The translations under genes and the position numbers were made by a program. The notes under the pieces are model-generated. The model was not told where the DNA came from. It did no database searches and was given only the letters and a program-made list of their open reading frames with translations. From Octopus sinensis (lineage: Eukaryota): a DNA stretch of 64,000 bases. The stretch covers positions 23,870,001 through 23,934,000 of the forward strand of contig NC_042999.1 of the NCBI RefSeq assembly GCF_006345805.1, written 5' to 3'. Shown one piece after another: positions 1 through 13,226 of this stretch (position 1 is its first letter; the number at the start of each line of letters is the position of its first letter).

Positions 1-155
1 ATACATAGAGTAAATTTTGACCGGCCACCTATTTGGTAGCAAGGTTGTGAAGGAAAGCATCTTGCTTTGCTCATTATCCTTTAAATCTTAAGAAGTGGAT
101 TTTTATAGTTCCTTGATATCGGGATCGTTTGTAGTGTATGTATATATTATATTAT

Positions 156-465
156 GTGGAAGCGCAATGGCCCAGTGGTTAGGGCAGCGGACTCGCGGTC
201 GTAGGATCGCGGTTTCGATTCTCAGACTGAGCATTGTGAGTGTTTATTGAGAGAAAACATCTAAAGTTCCACGAGGCTCCGACAGGAGGTGGTGGCGATC
301 CCTACTGTATTCTTTCGCCACAACTTTCTCTCACTCTCTCTTCTGTTGGCCTGCTCACTTAGCCAGCGGGGTGGCGTCATTTGAAGGCTAAAACAATGCG
401 AAACGCATTGTGACCAGCGATGTGTAGCAACATCTGATAGCCTAGTCGGTCACGGTGGTCACGGG
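156..465 (+). mobile_element. tRNA-derived SINE family A; further copies near 2071-2373(+), 7558-7925(+), 9937-10218(+), 18975-19264(-), 30630-30960(+), 36724-37001(-), 43711-43900(+), 51628-51945(+), 63180-63451(+)
   Basis: Head with Pol III A-box (tggcccagtggttagg) and B-box-like (ggtttcgattcc) motifs; shared body; variable 3' tails. Boundaries approximate. Confidence 0.85.
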
Positions 466-520
466 TATGTATGTATGTATGTGTGTGTGTATGTGTGTGT
501 GTGTGTGGTGTGTGTGTGTA

Positions 521-557
<37 letters not shown>

Positions 558-998
558 TGAGGTACCAAGCAATTGTGCTCATTATTTATTGTTTTAATGA
601 TTTTTGATTGCATAAAGAAAACTCTCTGCTGGTGCTGGAAAAGAAAAAAAACCAACTCTCCGGTGTTTAGCACCAGTCAGCTCAGAATGAGTAGGCTCAT
701 GATCAAAGGCTTTCCAGAGGAGACAGTAATTATCTTTATATTCTAGAAATAGCATACACCATACTACGTCATACAACGTCTTTTTATATAAAGGATGTAG
801 AGCGTATTTGAGGGAAGTTAGACTGTAATAGTAACATTAGCAGGAGTGGCTGCGTCGTAAGTAGCTTGCTTACCAGCCACATGGTTCCGGGTTCAGTCCC
901 ACTGCGTGGCACCTTGGGCAAGTATCTTCTACTATAGCCTCGGGCCGACCTAAGTCTTGTGAGTGGATTTGGTTGACGGAAACTGAAAGAAGTCCGTC

Positions 999-1082
<84 letters not shown>

Positions 1083-3072
1083 TTGTGTTTCTGTGTTTGT
1101 ACCCTCAACATCGCTTGACAACCGATGCTGGTGTGTTTACGTCTCCGTAACTTAGCAGTTCGGCAAAAGAGAACGATAAAATAAGTACTAGGCTTACAAA
1201 GAATAAGTCCTGGGGTCGATTTGCTCGACTAAAGGCGTTGCTCCAGCATGGCCGCAGTCAAATGACTGAAACAAGCAAAAGAGTAAAAGAGTATCAAGTA
1301 ACCACATAGATGTCACCCTCATCGACCGGTGAAAATCCGTGTTATCCATTGGTGTCTAACCAGAATTTTAAAAAAGGTTTGACGAAAATTTAAAAAGTGG
1401 GTGGGGCATTATCAAGTATGTGATGTAAGAATATTTTGAGGTTTATACTATTCTCAAGGGGGCATTAGCTGGCGATGAAAGTAAAAGAATGAGTTTCAAA
1501 TGGAAAATGAAATCGTGTTTTGGCCTGAGCCAAAAGGAAGTTATTTCTTGTCCCAGAGCGCTCTGCAATATTTAGAGTTAATATTGGTTTCAAATTGGTG
1601 CAATTTAGAGGGAGGCTTAAGTCTTTTACATCGATTCCAGTACTCAACTGGTACTTATTTTATCGACCTAGAAACGATGAAAAGCAGAGTCGACCTCGGC
1701 GGCGTTTGAACCCAGAACGTAAAGACGGACGAAATGCCACTAAGGATTGTACACGGCGTGCTAACGATTCTGCCAGTTGGTCGCCTTATTTAGTATTAAT
1801 ATTGCGAATCGACTGCAACAGTGGAAAGTATACTTTTGGTAGTAGTTGTTATTACTAAGCCTTAAATCAACCCTGATCCAGCTAATTATTTACAAATTGG
1901 ACATTTCTTCTTATTTTCGAGTCGCTGCATCCAGGAACAAATTATCCAAATGCATTGCCTTTTTAAGACAGTAATTGAGATTTAGTTTGAGAAATTTGGC
2001 CTCGCTCGGTTCACATTTATCTGATGATCTGAGCTTGAACTTTGTCCGTTGTATTGTAATCATTCTGTTAGTGGAGGCACATGGCCTAGTGGTTAGAGCA
2101 GCGGACTCGCGGTCGAGGAATCACGGGTTCGAATCTCAGACCGGGCGATGTGTGTGTTTATAAGCGAAAACTTCTAAGCTCCACGCGGCTCCGGCAGAAG
2201 GTAGTGGCGAACTTCTGCTGACTTTTTCGCCACAACTTTCTCTCACTCTTTCCTCCTGCATCTTGCAGCTCACCTGCCACGGACCGGCGTCCCGTCCAGG
2301 TGGGGAGCCTATACGCCAAGAAACCGGGAAACCGGCCCTTATGAGCCAGGTATGGCTCGAGAAGGAACAAACAATCATTCTGTTTATTGTGTGCATGCCG
2401 TGTGACGATATGCAAAGTCTGATCTGTAGCTGAAACACATTTGTCTGGAATCTACTTTCCGAAGATTAGCTGAAATGCATCTACCTGTGCAAAATAAACA
2501 TCAAGAGATTTTGAACTATTTTGCATAAGCAGATATTTCCTTCTGATATTTCATCATCTTAAGGCGACGAGCTGGAAGAATGCTAAACGGGACGAAATGC
2601 TTAGCCGGATTTCGTCCATCATCACGTTGTAAGTTCAAATTTCTGTGAGGCCGACTTTGCTTTTCATTCCTACGGGGTCGATAAAATAAGTACCAGTTGA
2701 CCACTGGGGTCGATGCGATCGATTTACCTATCTCCCCGAAATTGCTGGCCTTGTGCCAAAATTTGAAATCAGTATTTTATCATTTTAAGGCGGCGAGCTG
2801 ACAGAATCGTTAGCACGGCGGACAAAATGCTTAGCGGCATTTCATCCGTCTTTACGTTCTGAGTTCAAATGCTTTGCTCTTCATCCTCTCGGAATGCAGC
2901 GCAATGGGACAGAACCTGAAACCATGTGGTTGGGGAGCAAGCTTCATACCACACAGTCATTCCTGCGACTATGCATTTTATAGAAAGATATGTGTTTATA
3001 ACCCTGTGTGTAGATCTTATCTGTTTTTCGACTGAAATAATACTTATGATTTTCGTTACTGCTACATTTCAG

Positions 3073-3306
3073 GTACGATGGATTTTGTTCGAGTTATTAA
3101 AGCATATATTAAAGGAATCCCGATGTTATCTTATGTTTCAAACGATATAAAACAATGCAGTTCTAAATGCCTTGAAATTGACGAATGCAAGTCTTTTAAC
3201 TACGATACTAAATTTCATATTTGTGAATTGTTCACAATCAACGCTGCTTCGAGTACTGTCTTAACATCGAGAGGATGCTACCACAAGGTTTATTATCAAC
3301 GTGTCC
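3073..3306 (+). CDS. Paralog on plus strand: PAN/apple domain 1 exon (GTMDFVRVIKAY...QCSSKCLEIDECKSFNYDTKFHICELF...GCYHKVYYQRV)
   Basis: Acceptor tacatttcag|, donor |gtaag; 234 bp, phase 1 to 1; canonical PAN C-x3-C-x5-C-x-x-F-x-Y...C. Confidence 0.85.
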
Positions 3307-4177
3307 GTAAGTATACTTCATAAATATAACTAAATAAATTTCTATTCGTTGAATAATACATTGTTGTTGTTGTCGTCGTCGTCGTCGTCGTCTTCGTCCT
3401 CCATATTTCTCTTCCTTCACCCACTCCTCCCCTTCATCGCTCATGAATATATATGCATTTGTGTGTATATATATGTTGTTAGAAGGCGGCGAGCTGGCAG
3501 AAACGTTAGCACGCCGGGCGAAATGCGTAGCCGTATTTCGTCTGCCGTTACGTTCTGAGTTCAAATTCCGCCGAAGTTGACTTTGCCTTTCATCCTTTCG
3601 GGGTCGATAAATTAAGTACCCGTTACGCACTGGGGTCGATGGAATCGACTTAATCAGTTTATCTGTCCTTGTTTGTCCCCTCTGTGTTTAACCCCTTGTG
3701 GGTAGTAAAGAAATATATATATATGTTGTTTGTTCCTCTTCGAGCCACGCCTGGCTCATAAGGGTTCACTCCCTGCTTGCAATATATATCAAATGCAGAC
3801 TGTATCGAATGACCAGCTGGAGAAGGCGTCCTCCTGAGGTTAAAATAGCTGTGATTTCGGTCCCTACGGAACAGCCATATTTAAGTGGTGATAAACGTTA
3901 ATTCTCAGTATTATTTCTGCTGTCATCTCTTATAGAGATTTTCTGAACTTGCTAATTTGCTTGTTAATCCTCCTCTATTTTCTTTTACCCAAAGTCGGGA
4001 ACTTTTCTGTACCCATTGTCATCTTCTACATCATCACATTCCAGAATTATCTAAATTCATGCTATTGTTCCACTCAAGCAATTTTTCGTTGTTGTGTTTC
4101 TGTACATGAAATTGAATTTAGTATGCGATTGAAGTAACCAACTGAATAATATCTTTTCAATTTCATTCATTTTAAAG

Positions 4178-4393
4178 TGTCAAAAAATACCTCGATAAAT
4201 GGAGCTTCAATTATTGACTGCCATACTTTAGAAGTGAGCGAAGGAATATCTACAATAAAATTATGTGAAGCGAAGTGTTTACTGAAAAAGTGTTCAGCGT
4301 TTGACTATTCAAAACTTCAGAGAACATGTAGAATTATGCTTTCTACAAAAACAGAATTTCAACTTACAGGAGACGAGAAGAAGACGTTTGTTG
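4178..4393 (+). CDS. Paralog on plus strand: PAN/apple domain 2 exon (LSKNTSINGASIIDC...LCEAKCLLKKCSAFDY...TCRIM...TFV)
   Basis: Acceptor ttcattttaaag|, donor |gtaagg; 216 bp, phase 1 to 1. Read-through to the TGA at 4417-4419 is possible, but the donor position matches the minus-strand paralog exactly. Confidence 0.85.
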
Positions 4394-4656
4394 GTAAGGC
4401 ACGCATAACAAATTTTTGAAAACTATTTAAATATTCTCTCTGCTTGTGTTATTATGAATTTGTTTAACTTATTACATAATTTACAACAAATGTATTATGG
4501 GTGTTTGGTTGAGAAGTTCTCTTTGTATGCAAATGGTTCCGGATTCAGTCCATCTCCATGGACTCTTGGGCAAGTGTCTTCTATGATACTACAACGCCAG
4601 GCTGACCAATGTCTTGTGAGTGAATTTGGTAAATAGAAACTGCGTGGAAACCCGTC

Positions 4657-4724
<68 letters not shown>

Positions 4725-5619
4725 GTATGAATGTATGTTTATGTGTGTGTCTGTGTCTGTTTCTGCGTTTGTCTCCGCCAATGCTTGACAACCATTGTTA
4801 GTTGTCTACGGTCCTGCAACCTAGTGGTTCGTCCAAATGTGGCCGACAGACTAAGTAGACCGAAGGAAAATCATTGAAGCACGATAAAAGTTAAAGAATA
4901 TTCACAAGATATTTTTAATATCAAACGATAAAGAAAATCCTTTCTGCCTGCATTGTTGCTATTACAATGAAAGAAGTCAAACTGTTACATCGCATCATGT
5001 CGTGGTTTACTTAAGCATCGTTCATGATGCTCAATTTTATCGAAAAATATTTGATACATTGCCAGAAAGCGTGGAAAAGTTGCATTACTCCAATTCAATC
5101 ATTCATTTATTCATGCTGGGGCCAGTATTACTCGTGAGTGAGAAGTCCATTCTCTGTCTATCTCTAGCCAAGCCTTGACCATGCAAGCCGAAAGAGACGT
5201 GTGAAATTGATGCACCATCTCATCTCTGATCAGTCGTGAGATTTAGGCCATTGTCTTGGTGTCCATTCAGTGGCTTGGATCATCAATCTACTGTCCTTAA
5301 ATCATGCAAAGTAACTAATGATGAAATCATCGATTCCTCTCTGCTATCAGGTCTAAATACTTCTATTCCGATCGCGCGGAGGGATGCCGAGCATTCGACC
5401 GAGCTTGCGACCACGTGTAACTCCAAAATGGTGATGTTTAATATACGCATCTGACTACACGGGCTTGCTATAGTCGTTGACTATCTTAGTTCTGATCCAA
5501 CACTCTAATTAGACCAATATATGAATTAATTCCATCGACAAATCTAAGCGCTCTTTTACGTTCAAATAACGTTCTACTAGTTCGATTCTCTATTTCGCTA
5601 AAATATATTCTCTTTGTTT

Positions 5620-5853
5620 AAGGCGGCGAGCTGGCAGAAACGTTAGCACGCTGGGCGAAATGCGTAGCCGTATTTCGTCTGCCGTTACGTTCTGGGTTCA
5701 AATTCCATCGAGGTCGACTTTGCCTTTCATCCTTTCGGGGTCGATAAATTAAGTACCAGTTACGCACTGGGGTCGATGTAGTCGACTTAATCCGTTTTAT
5801 CTCTCCTTGTTTGTCCCCCTGTGTGTCTAGCCCCTTGTGGGTAGTAAAGAAAT
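5620..5853 (+). mobile_element. SINE family B (aggcggcgagctggcagaa...ttctgagttcaaattcc...); copies near 3483-3712(+), 22938-23465(+, tandem), 28626-28995(+, tandem), 47040-47587(-), 50381-50615(-), 55308-55540(-) plus many decayed ones
   Basis: Repeated consensus with tRNA-like head; this copy has a 17-bp TSD atatattctctttgttt (5603-5619 / 5854-5870). Confidence 0.85.
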
Positions 5854-5875
5854 ATATATTCTCTTTGTTTTTCAG

Positions 5876-5889
5876 CCATTACATATTAA
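5876..5889 (+). CDS. Probable terminal coding exon of the plus-strand paralog (AITY*)
   Basis: Strong acceptor ttctctttgtttttcag|cc, phase 1, TAA at 5887-5889, AATAAA motifs near 5941 and 5990. Confidence 0.45.
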
Positions 5890-6216
5890 GAAAAAACGCC
5901 GTTGCTTTCGGAGAAAATGTTCCTGTCACTATTTCTTATGAATAAAAAAAAAAAAGGATATGTGGAAAACATTTGAAGTAAACGCACTTAATAAATAAAT
6001 AAATAGATAGAATTAAAATTACTATAAATGTAATGCTTTTCTCTAGCATTTTCATTTAGATATTTGAAAGTATCAATAATGAATAAAGATGTTAACTATG
6101 CATATACTGAGTAGTTTTGTATTCACTATTTGTAAGAAACCTATAATCAGAAAACAAATGTGGTACTCAGTACTATATAGAACATGGCCACCACACCTGT
6201 TCTCTGTTTATTATTA

Positions 6217-6268
<52 letters not shown>

Positions 6269-6269
6269 T

Positions 6270-6824
6270 GAGTGAGAGAGCAGTGCATGCCGTCAAAGTG
6301 ACACTGGGGTAAAATATACAAAGCGCAGTGTACCCATCATGACTACCCGTCTGATAAGGGTACGCCAGGCACATGCATCACAACCAAATGTGCACGACAT
6401 GGTGATCTCATATCAAGATAAACATTGCATGACCTTGCTGGTGGGGCTCAGTTAGAATTTTCTTCTGGTCGAGTAGCTCATCCCGCTCAAAAGGTCCCTG
6501 AATAAGGATTGTTTAAGGATGTTGAACGAAACACCCTTGTTTCCAAAGGTGAATTATCCAAACCACCAAGATTTCCTTTCAACACATGGCTATGATGCTC
6601 CCCAACTACACCTGCCTGTGATCAGAGATGCACATATCGTCAGTCACTAAGGGACATGCTCAACTGGTTAAAGTCAAACAACTGACAAGCAAATCTGTGG
6701 TATTGAGAAGAATATTTGCTGTAGCCCATCTTTTATACCAAGACAAAACAATGTACATGATAACACTTCCAATCAGTAAAGATCAGAAGCCATGAGAGCC
6801 ACTGTCTGATACTGCATCAGGGCA
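6270..6824 (-). mobile_element. (AAT)n-embedded non-autonomous retroelement, near full length; other copies at 6933-7193(-), 31363-31888(+), 36171-36588(+), 44767-45288(+), 53934-54016(+)
   Basis: All copies share the 3' end gc(t)ctctcactc followed by (AAT)n and differ at their 5' ends; five of six sit between (AAT)n tracts. Confidence 0.8.
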
Positions 6825-6850
6825 TTTATGATTATTATTATTATTATTAC

Positions 6851-6932
<82 letters not shown>

Positions 6933-7192
6933 GAGTGAGAGAGCAGTTCATGCCATCAAAGTGACACGGGTAAAATATACGAAGCCCAATATACCCAACA
7001 TGACTACCCGTCTGATAAGGGTACACCAGGCACATGCATCACAACCATATGTGCGCGACATGGTGATCTCATATCAAGATAAACAGCGCATGACCTTGCA
7101 GGTGGGGCCCAGTTAAAATTTTCTTCAGGTTGAGTAGCCCATCCCGCTCAAAAGGTCCCTGAATAAGGATTGTTTAAGGATGTTGAAAGAAC

Positions 7193-7246
<54 letters not shown>

Positions 7247-7254
7247 TATTATTA

Positions 7255-7293
<39 letters not shown>

Positions 7294-7413
7294 CGCACAC
7301 TAGGCTATCTCAGGGATAACGCGTAGCGTTATTCTATACCGTATACTGGAATGGAGAGTGAGAACTACTACTGAACCCAATTTTTTATTGTTTCGCACCT
7401 TACTGGTCCCCTT

Positions 7414-7451
<38 letters not shown>

Positions 7452-7923
7452 TGTGCGTGCGTGTGCGTATATATGCATATATGTATGTATATATATATAT
7501 ATTTATATGTTTATATATATGTTATATATGTTTATATATATGTTATATAATATGTATGTGGAGGCGCAATGGCCCAGTGGTTAGGTCAGTGGTCACGTGG
7601 TCTTAGGTTCACGGTTTCGATTCCCAGACCGGGACTTGTGAGTGTTTATTGAGCGAAAACATCTAAAGCTCTACGAGGCTCCGTCAGGGGTGGTGGTGAA
7701 CCCTGCTGTTCTCTTTCATCACAACTTTCTCTCACTCTTTCTTCCTGTTTCAAAGGGCCAGCCTTTTCACACTCTGTGTCACACTGAATCTCCCCGAGAA
7801 CTACGTTAAGTGTACACGTGTCTGTAGAGTGCTGAGCCACTTGTATGTTAATATCACGAGCAGGCTGTTCCGTTGATCGGATCAACTGGAACACTCGTCG
7901 TCGTAACCTACGAAGTGCCAACA

Positions 7924-8006
<83 letters not shown>

Positions 8007-8365
8007 ATATATATAAAGTAGATAAATGGTACAACAAGGCAACAATATTTACTGGAAAATAGCAATCGATATAAATACGACGCTATTGTATAGCTTCACT
8101 GCGTATATACTAGCAAAGACGTGTGTGTGCAACAAACATGAAAAAAACATTGTCTTACCTCTAGGAAGAACATTTGATAAATAGACAACTTAGAATCGGA
8201 TAATGCACCGGTCTCTAACTCTTCGAAAAAGTTTGACAACGTAAATTTGATTAGTCTTCATCAGCTGCATTTACCTAGACAAAATTTCAAATGTTGCTAC
8301 ATCAATGCCAGTACACTCGTCTGAATGCTAAAACTTTAACAGAACGAGAACATACTGGACGAGCT

Positions 8366-8509
8366 AGAATTCATGACTCACTTATTAGTTATATTTCTTA
8401 ATATGCTTATTTTATTGTTATTTCGTAGTTGTTGTATTGTTTAAACTTATTATTTGATTCCTTAATATGCATATTAATAAATATAATTAACAAGTGAGTC
8501 ATGAATTCT
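8366..8509. mobile_element. Small MITE-like element with perfect 18-bp TIRs
   Basis: agaattcatgactcactt ... aagtgagtcatgaattct around an AT-rich core. Confidence 0.55.
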
Positions 8510-9034
8510 GGCCCACACTGTATATATGTATAGTAATGATAACAATAATCCAACGATGGAATTTCACAAATATTTTAAAGCATCGCTACGCGCGTTTCCA
8601 CAAATCATATGTTGTTTGTGACCATAATCCGCATACCTAGGATGATTACAATGTGATTTGTAATATCCATGAATATTATGACATGCTGTTATTCATGCGT
8701 TCATATCCTCAAGCGGAAGCTGGCATAATAACATAAAAGCTTTTAAATGCGTACTCACGAATGTTTCTCGTAAATGAACTTAAAGGGTATATATCTCGCC
8801 TGAAGATGGAGGCAGTGTTACTCGATAATTGATCCAAGTAACTAACATTATTCCGGACCACCAAGCCCCCAGAAACAGCTGTTGGATTCCTAAAACACTA
8901 CCCATTTAACCCCTGGTATAATTCATATTCTGTAATTTGGACTATTTTTTATCCATACATATACATTTTTTTTATTAAATGTATTTAATATTCTGCATGA
9001 ATCGATTTGCATAACTTGTTTGTCATTACATTTA

Positions 9035-9109
<75 letters not shown>

Positions 9110-10451
9110 TCTCTTCAAAACGGTATGATTTCAAGGGAATTGGCTGCGACTTCGAGAGGGGCAGTCAACGGAGTAAAGGTACTTTTAACCTTTCACGCTT
9201 CTCGAAATAATTAAAAAATTATGTAATTAATTAATAATTAAAACATTAACTATCAGTTATTGACTGTTCTTATAGTGGTTTCTAATTTGCGCACAAGTCC
9301 AGTAGTTTCGAGGGAAAGTGTTATGCGAAACCATCGGCCCTAGTTCAGACCTAAACCTCATCTTATTGACTCCAGACGGATAAAAGGCGAAGCTTATCTC
9401 GGTAACATTTGAGGTAGGGACGTAAAGAACCGGAACTTCATGTTTTAATAATCTTTTCTTATCTTACGACAAGACCAGCAGTTTTTGAAAGTGTGTAGTC
9501 GACTACATCGATCCCAGCGCTCAACGGGTACCTTTTTTTATTAACCTCAAAAGAATGAAAGGTAAAGTAACCTCGGCAGTATTTGAACTCAGAATGTAGA
9601 GTCGGAAGAACTACCGCTAAGCATTTTGTCCGGCACTGTCACGATTCGGCCAGCTTACCGCCTTATTTCATATCTCAATGACATCTACAACTAAGGAGGA
9701 GAGCTGGTAGAATCGTTACAACGCGTGACAAAATCTTCAGCGGTATTTTGTCAGTTTATATGTTCTGAGTTCAAATTCTGCCGTGGTCAATTTGGATTTC
9801 ATCTTTGCGGAGTCGACAAAATAAGAAACATTTGAGCAATGGGGTTGATATAACCGACTAAACTTCTCTCCCGAAATCGCTGGCCTTCTGTTAAAATATA
9901 GAACTAATAATATTTACCTGAAGTATGTTTATACTCGTGGAGGCACATGGCCTCGTGGTTAGAGCAGCGGACTTGCGGTTGAGTGATCGCGGGTTCGAAT
10001 CTCTACCGGGCGATATGTTTGTTTATGAGCGAAACACCTAAGATCAACGCGGCTCCGGCAGAAGGTAATGGCGAACTTCTGCTGACTCTTTCGCCACAAC
10101 TTTCTCTCACTCTTTCCTCCTGCATCTTGCGTCCTGTCCAGGTGGGGAACCTATACGCCAAGGAAACCGGGAAACCGGCCCTTATGAGCCAGGCGTGGCT
10201 CGAGAAGCAACTAACAACATTGTTCATACTGAAGATTAAATTCTTAATTTTTTTTTAAAAGAGAAAGATAAAGGAAATAATAGGTGTTAATCTTATGGTA
10301 GTTGGTATTTTCTTAAGAAATCTTTCACTATTAACAACACAATCAAATTTATCAAATAAGCAAAAATCAAAAGACACTCATGCTGAAATATATTTATTTT
10401 CAATATAACGTGAATGTGTTTATAAAATACTAACACTATATATTATATATA

Positions 10452-10505
<54 letters not shown>

Positions 10506-10509
<4 letters not shown>

Positions 10510-10825
10510 GAAATGAAGAAAACGCTGACAAAATAATTTAAGTAAAGGAGAGTGTATTTAATTAGGTGAAAGTTCTTTTTACCGGTTGCGCATTTGTTAT
10601 GCTTATCAAAAGATATTTTTTAAAGAGAGATAGAGTTCATTTCTGATAGATTTTTTTCTCTTATCTGATAAGAGAAAAAAAATCTATCAGAAAGGAACTC
10701 TATCTCTCTTAAAAAAATATCTTTTGATAAGCATAACAAATGCGCAACCGGTAAAAAGAACTTTCACCTAATTAAATACACTCCCCTTTACTTAATTATT
10801 TTGTCAGCATTTTCTTCATTCCTTT
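10506..10825. repeat. Near-perfect palindrome of about 320 bp centred on 10666
   Basis: Centre ctcttatc-t-gataagag; arms complementary for about 160 bp with a handful of mismatches. Confidence 0.92.
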
Positions 10826-10863
10826 TTTTATATATCACAACTCGTGTTCCACATCTCCTTTTT

Positions 10864-10943
<80 letters not shown>

Positions 10944-11709
10944 ATGTATGTATGTGTGTGTGCATAAGCATATATATCTGTATAGGGAGACAGATATGTA
11001 CCTGTGTGACTGTGCATGCATGTACACCCGAGAGGTTTAATTATCCTGTATAATATACACACCGACATGCACATGTGCAGTTAAATGCGTACCTATCTCT
11101 CAGTAGTTCTGACTATATTTTAAGCGTGTTTTTGTGTTTAATTGAACTAAAAAGAAAAAAGAAAATGAGAACAAAATTCGCAATTGGCGATCCATGGTCA
11201 GGTAGAGATAGACAGGTTATACTGGAAAGGAACCTAAAAGTAAAAATAGAGTACGTTGATTAGATGACCAAAAACTAAAGATATTTATATTCATGATTAA
11301 AAAGGATAATTCTTAATAAATGCAAAATAGATAAAATTTATAATGAAATTCATAAAACCATCTCTCTTTCTCTCTCTCTCATACACACACACACACACGC
11401 ACACACACACACATACTTTGTACAATAGGCACAAGACCTAAGGCCGGGACTTCGTAGGGAGGGTGCAACTCTGTTACATCTACCCCAATGTTCAACTGGT
11501 TCGTAAGTCATCGACCCCGAATGTCAAGCACGGTGAAATTTGAACTCAGGACATAAAGATGGACGAGATACAACTAAGCATTTTCCTCGTCGTGCTAATA
11601 ATTCTGTTAGGCACTTTTCTCATAGTCCACATTCCTACAATTTCGTCTTTTAGTAGTCGGTAGTTATCAATTTCCTCTATAGTTATTATACAGGGTGTCC
11701 ACAAGGTCT

Positions 11710-12063
11710 GGGTACATGGAGTAAATAAAATCATAACATAAAGAATTAAACATAAGAAATAATAATTTCTTAAAGTATGTGTTAATCCCCATGTGGGTAC
11801 ATGGAGTAAATAAAATCCTAACATAAAGAGTTAGATATAAGAAATAATAATTTCTTAAAGTATGTGTTAATCCCCATGTGGGTACATGGAGTAAATAAAA
11901 TCATAACATAAAGAATTGAATATAAGAAATAATAATTTCTTAAAGTATGTGTTAATCCCCATGTGGGTACATGGAGTAAATAAAATCATAACATAAAGAA
12001 TTGAATATAAGAAATAATAATTTCTTAAAGTATGTGTTAATCCCCATGTGGGTACATGGAGTA
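11710..12063. repeat. 85-bp minisatellite, 4 units plus 14 bp
   Basis: gggtacatggagtaa recurs at 11710, 11795, 11880, 11965 and 12050. Confidence 0.95.
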
Positions 12064-12425
12064 AGTGAGGGCGCGTCGCTTCGTGGTTAGGGCATTCGGC
12101 TCATGATCGTAAGGTTGTGAGTTCGATTCCCGGCGACGCGTTGTGTCCTTGAGCAAGACACTTTATTTCACGTTGCTCCAGTCCACTCAGCTGGCAAAAA
12201 TGAGTTGTACTTGTATTTCAAAGGGTCAGCCTTGTCACTCTCTGTGTCACGCTGATTATCTCCGAGAACTACGTTAAGGATACACGTGTCGGTGGAATGC
12301 TCAGCCATTTGCACGTTAATTTCACGAGCAAGCTGTTCAGTTGATCGTATCAGCTGGGACCCTCGTCGTCGTAACCGGCGGAGTCTTTCTACACAATCAT
12401 ACAAACTCAGATATCTATCTATCTG

Positions 12426-12458
<33 letters not shown>

Positions 12459-12463
12459 TTATC

Positions 12464-12494
<31 letters not shown>

Positions 12495-12711
12495 CTATCC
12501 ATCTATCTATCTCTCTCCCTCTATCAATCTATATATATATATCACACACACCTATATATATATATATGTATGTATATATATATATTATATATATATATAT
12601 GTATGTATTTATATATATATAAAATATATATATATTATATATATTATATATGTATATATATGTATATTATATATATATATATATAGATATAAATATATAT
12701 ATAATATGTAT

Positions 12712-12777
<66 letters not shown>

Positions 12778-12925
12778 TGTCTTTACTCTCTTTTTACTCT
12801 TTTACTTGTTTCAGTCATTTGACTGTGGCCATGCTGGAACACCGCCTTTAGTCAAGCAAATCGACCCCGGGATATATTCTTTGTAAGCCTAGTACTTATT
12901 CTATCGGTCTCTTTTGCCGAATCGC

Positions 12926-12962
<37 letters not shown>

Positions 12963-13063
12963 TTATATATATATATATATAAATATAAATATATATATAT
13001 GTAATATATATATATATATATATATAATATATATATATATATGTATAATATATATAAATATAA

Positions 13064-13113
<50 letters not shown>

Positions 13114-13146
13114 ATATATATATATAATGTATATATATATATATGT

Positions 13147-13226
<80 letters not shown>

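Noticed and set aside
156-230. tRNA-like sequences at SINE heads
   Set aside because: A/B boxes are present, but there is no complete cloverleaf and each continues into a shared SINE body; not tRNA genes.
2380-2484. Minus-strand acceptor followed by GRCISANLRK...TACTQ*
   Set aside because: No recognisable domain or partner exon; it abuts a SINE tail.
11710-12063. Regularly spaced repeats with a small hairpin, superficially CRISPR-like
   Set aside because: The intervening sequences are near-identical, not unique spacers; eukaryotic context and no cas genes. It is a minisatellite.
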